A DNA stretch of 64,000 nt, from positions 1 to 64,000 of the forward strand of contig UYFQ01000242.1 in the NCBI GenBank assembly GCA_900617105.1, in the 5' to 3' direction. This document shows positions 61,017-64,000 of the stretch, piece by piece. This DNA comes from Hydrurus foetidus (lineage: Eukaryota). Position numbers and translations under genes: made by a program. Below the pieces are notes generated by a model that was not told the DNA's origin, did no database searches, and saw only the letters and a list, made by a program, of their open reading frames with translations. Positions within the stretch are counted from its first letter, which is position 1; each line of letters begins with the position of its first letter.

Positions 61017-64000
61017 TGTAGCCATATGCCATTTAGTATGGCATTATGAGCTTCTAGGACTATCGGTCTACAGATCGGTCTACAGGGTCGTAGGCTTCCA
61101 GCCTCACCCTTACAACGTGTACTCTGCTATCATCTAGCTAGTCCACGTAGAAGTTACCCTAGCTACGGATTTTCCCTGTAACTAAGACTTCAGCTCCTCT
61201 CCTTTCCTTTCTCTCTTTTGCCATTCGGACTACAATAGATCTATTCCGTCCACCCTTCTTTAGCTAATACCTCCGAATTCTACCTCTCCTTCCCGATACG
61301 CCACCTCCAGATCCCAGCCTCTGTCAACAGAGACGCGGACTCGAGTGAGCCTTCGTGGATTAGTCTTTTCGTTACTTTAAATCCATCTCAGCGATTAAGT
61401 TCGTCTGCAGACGATTTCTTTGGGGATTTTCATCGAGACCAGTTTCGTCGGTTTAACTACCACAACTTGGAGCCTCGAAGCTTTCGAGCTTGTGCACTTT
61501 CTAGTTAACTCTAGATCGTTTTGCACGATTGCCAAGGGTTAGTGAGCAACGTTAAATCGTTTTCTCGCCTCAACTGTGCTTGGTTGGCTTTAAATAGCTG
61601 TTTTCACCGAGATTTTCGACGCGTCGAAAATCTCGACTTCACACCATCTAACTACTTCGTTTCTGACTGCCTGCTGTTGTTTTCAAGGTTTTCTACCTTA
61701 CAACACAGGGGGGAAACTCTGGCAAAAATTTTTTCAGAGTTAACTCTCTTCAGAAAAGTTTTGACAGTAATATCTCTTAAACTATATCAAGCTTAATTGC
61801 TTGATATGTCGAGCGGCTCTTCTAGCACTGATCCCGGCTCGGGAATATTGCGAACTCCTGATGGCTTCCAAACAGCATCGGGGAGATTGCGTCAACAGCA
61901 ATCACAGTCGAGTAATTCTTCGACAAATCAACGCTCGGGTTCATCACCGATAGCATTTGATAATCGTCGTTCGCAGGGTACATTACCTGACAATGTACGT
62001 CGCCCTCAGTCTTCGACTGTCCAATTACAACAACCTTTGTTCGTATTGAAAGGGCCGCACATCTCTCCTGAAGAGGCTGTTCTGTTTAAGACACAGGCGA
62101 TACGTGTCCCTGACATCGGATCGTTTACGCCAAGAACAAACGCGGGTCAGTTGCGTCAACAATGATCGTAGTCCAGAGTTATTTCTCTTCTATCGCATAA
62201 CGCGCTTAATTGCTACTTATCGGGGATGTTTCCCAAGGGATATACTCCACCAAAGCTCTTCTTCATGAAGAATTCATCGTCGACATGCGCCTTCGCATTG
62301 AGCGCCATGCTTTCGACAAGAGCAATCGTCAAACCTTCTATTGCATTGCAAAAGGATTTGTTCGAAGGTGTGATGTCACTCCGTACAGCTCTCAGCTGGA
62401 AGCTTTGAAGGCAGAACCCTTCTTACTAGACCAGACTGTATGACTCCGTACCACGCGTGTTATCAGACCTTCCTGGCTTTATCCCATAACTCGAATCGGG
62501 GACTTTTTATTAAACTGTGTAGTCCACTTTTAATCCCCTAACGCACAAGGTGAAGGGGCGATTCGAACCAACGATCTGTTCGTTGCGGGTTGATCCCAGG
62601 CAGCTAACCACTTAAGCGATAGCTGGTTCGTGCTTTTCATGTAAAATGTAAGCCTTTCAATACCGTTATTGGGCATTGTAACATACTCTGCGTACTACTA
62701 CTTACGCGAGTCAATTTTTGTGTCGGTGTACATACATCTCGAAAATGCACACCGGATTATAAATATTTTTTTTTCAAAAAAAAAAAACAATTTTTTTTCG
62801 AAGTGATATGCAAAATTGAATTAATTGCATCACAATTGAATCCAAAGCTTTACATCTTTGCTATACTTCACTTATACCTTTGGTTGTGTGTAGTGGCTTA
62901 GATCGTACTGGCTATAACAATAATACTGTAATCGACATAGGTATTAATTTCAAATCGATTAACAATGTATGCCATACCATATATTTGACTGTAAGGGTCA
63001 AAGAATCGTCGCTCATAGACTTAATTATTGGCAGAGTCTCTTTAAATAAATACTCGTTTTATAAATTAACTCCTTTCGCTTTTGGGATAAGTGAGGAACA
63101 CAAACTAATTTCCTCAGCAAGTGTCGATTGCTCAGCGTGCGACGAACTACCTGATGTCGAACCGTTACTTTCGCAACGGTTCACAACAATATTATCCAGT
63201 GATAGGATTAATAAAAATTTGATAAAAAATTCAAATATCTTACCTATTGAAGAACAGTCAGTTGTAACACAACTTGATTCTACTTCTAATATCCTAAGGG
63301 ACTTCGGACAACCTACAACCGAAGGGGAAAGACTGACTATCTGTGGTCACTCATGTTGTTCGTCCGGGACAGGGTCCTGCCCGGCATTATTGGAATTAGC
63401 TACTCCAGAGGCCGGCTGTGAGAGGGGTCGGGCAGTTCATGGGAGTATCGTTCACCCTGAACTGACTCGTGACGGTGATACACCTCCCGAAGATGGATTA
63501 GATTACATCCCTCCGACACCAGGGTTTCTTAACGACGAAACGCATGACACTTTAGGCCACTCGCCAAGTGTTGTCATTATCAGTAACGATGAGATTGACA
63601 GTGAGAAAACCGATACTTTCGGACCTTTCCTCCAAGGGACTAGCCCTGATTTACCGCCCGACAGTAACGGGTCAGACAAGTTTCTTGACGAAATAACTTT
63701 CGTTGGTATGGAAGACCAAATAATTGCAATGAAACTTCTCTGCTTAGAGTTTCGCGACTTGTTCAGCAATAAAATTGCAACTCTACCAGCTAAACTAGAT
63801 CCGTTTAGACTGGATGTGAGGGAACAAGAATGGGAAATATCCGCAAACCGGACCCCGGTTCGACCCCAATCATCTCGTAAAGAGATTGAAATAAAAAAGC
63901 CTTAGACGAGATGCTTTCATTAGGTATCATCGAATCTTCGAGTGCAGTCTATTACAGTCACCCTGTAGTAGTACAAAAGACAGCTGATACGTATCGATTC
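61017..64000 (+). mobile_element. Ty3/Gypsy LTR retrotransposon, 5' part, degenerate; runs off the window
   Basis: Begins TGTAGCC exactly where the Copia ORF breaks. Gag-like ORF at 61797. Protease-end motif DLIIG in ORF 62880-63905. The RT N-terminus FRDLFS...PVRP continues after a frameshift as LDEMLSLGIIESS...YSHPVVVQK...YRF. The LTR 3' end was not defined. Confidence 0.85.
62548..62628 (-). other. tRNA-derived segment with Pol III A/B boxes (SINE head or tRNA pseudogene)
   Basis: Minus strand reads TCGCTTAAGTGGTTAGC (A-box/D-arm-like) and then GGTTCGAATCG (B-box). No acceptor-stem pairing. Confidence 0.45.

Noticed and set aside
62548..62628. Functional tRNA gene
   Set aside because: There is no acceptor-stem pairing and no clear anticodon arm; kept only as tRNA-derived.

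Overview
Eukaryotic, intron-rich genomic DNA. It is probably a stramenopile, perhaps a chrysophyte-like protist; this is an inference from the PTGQ-repeat surface protein, GT-AG introns and TTAGGG repeats. From left to right: (1) a 13.5-kb, almost invariant 109-bp satellite; (2) directly abutting it, an intron-containing Mutator-like (MULE) transposase whose C-terminus continues into a USP/papain-like cysteine-protease domain, with a 1.6-kb internal tandem duplication; (3) a TA-flanked MITE; (4) host genes: a small hypothetical gene, a ~17-kb gene for a giant type-I membrane protein (Asp-box propellers, PTGQ stalk, acidic/basic tail), calnexin, cytosolic aspartyl-tRNA synthetase, an intronless LIN9/DIRP gene and a possibly myristoylated hypothetical gene; (5) a transposon cluster: an apparently intact pogo-like element with 267-bp TIRs and a 4-bp TACT target duplication, a Copia RT/RNase H remnant, and a Ty3/Gypsy element inserted into the Copia that carries an antisense tRNA-like segment. 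Several oddities (homopolymer frameshifts, satellite patches inside the MULE, a missing AspRS exon) could be assembly or polishing artefacts and need checking against raw reads. All alignments and gene models were read by eye.
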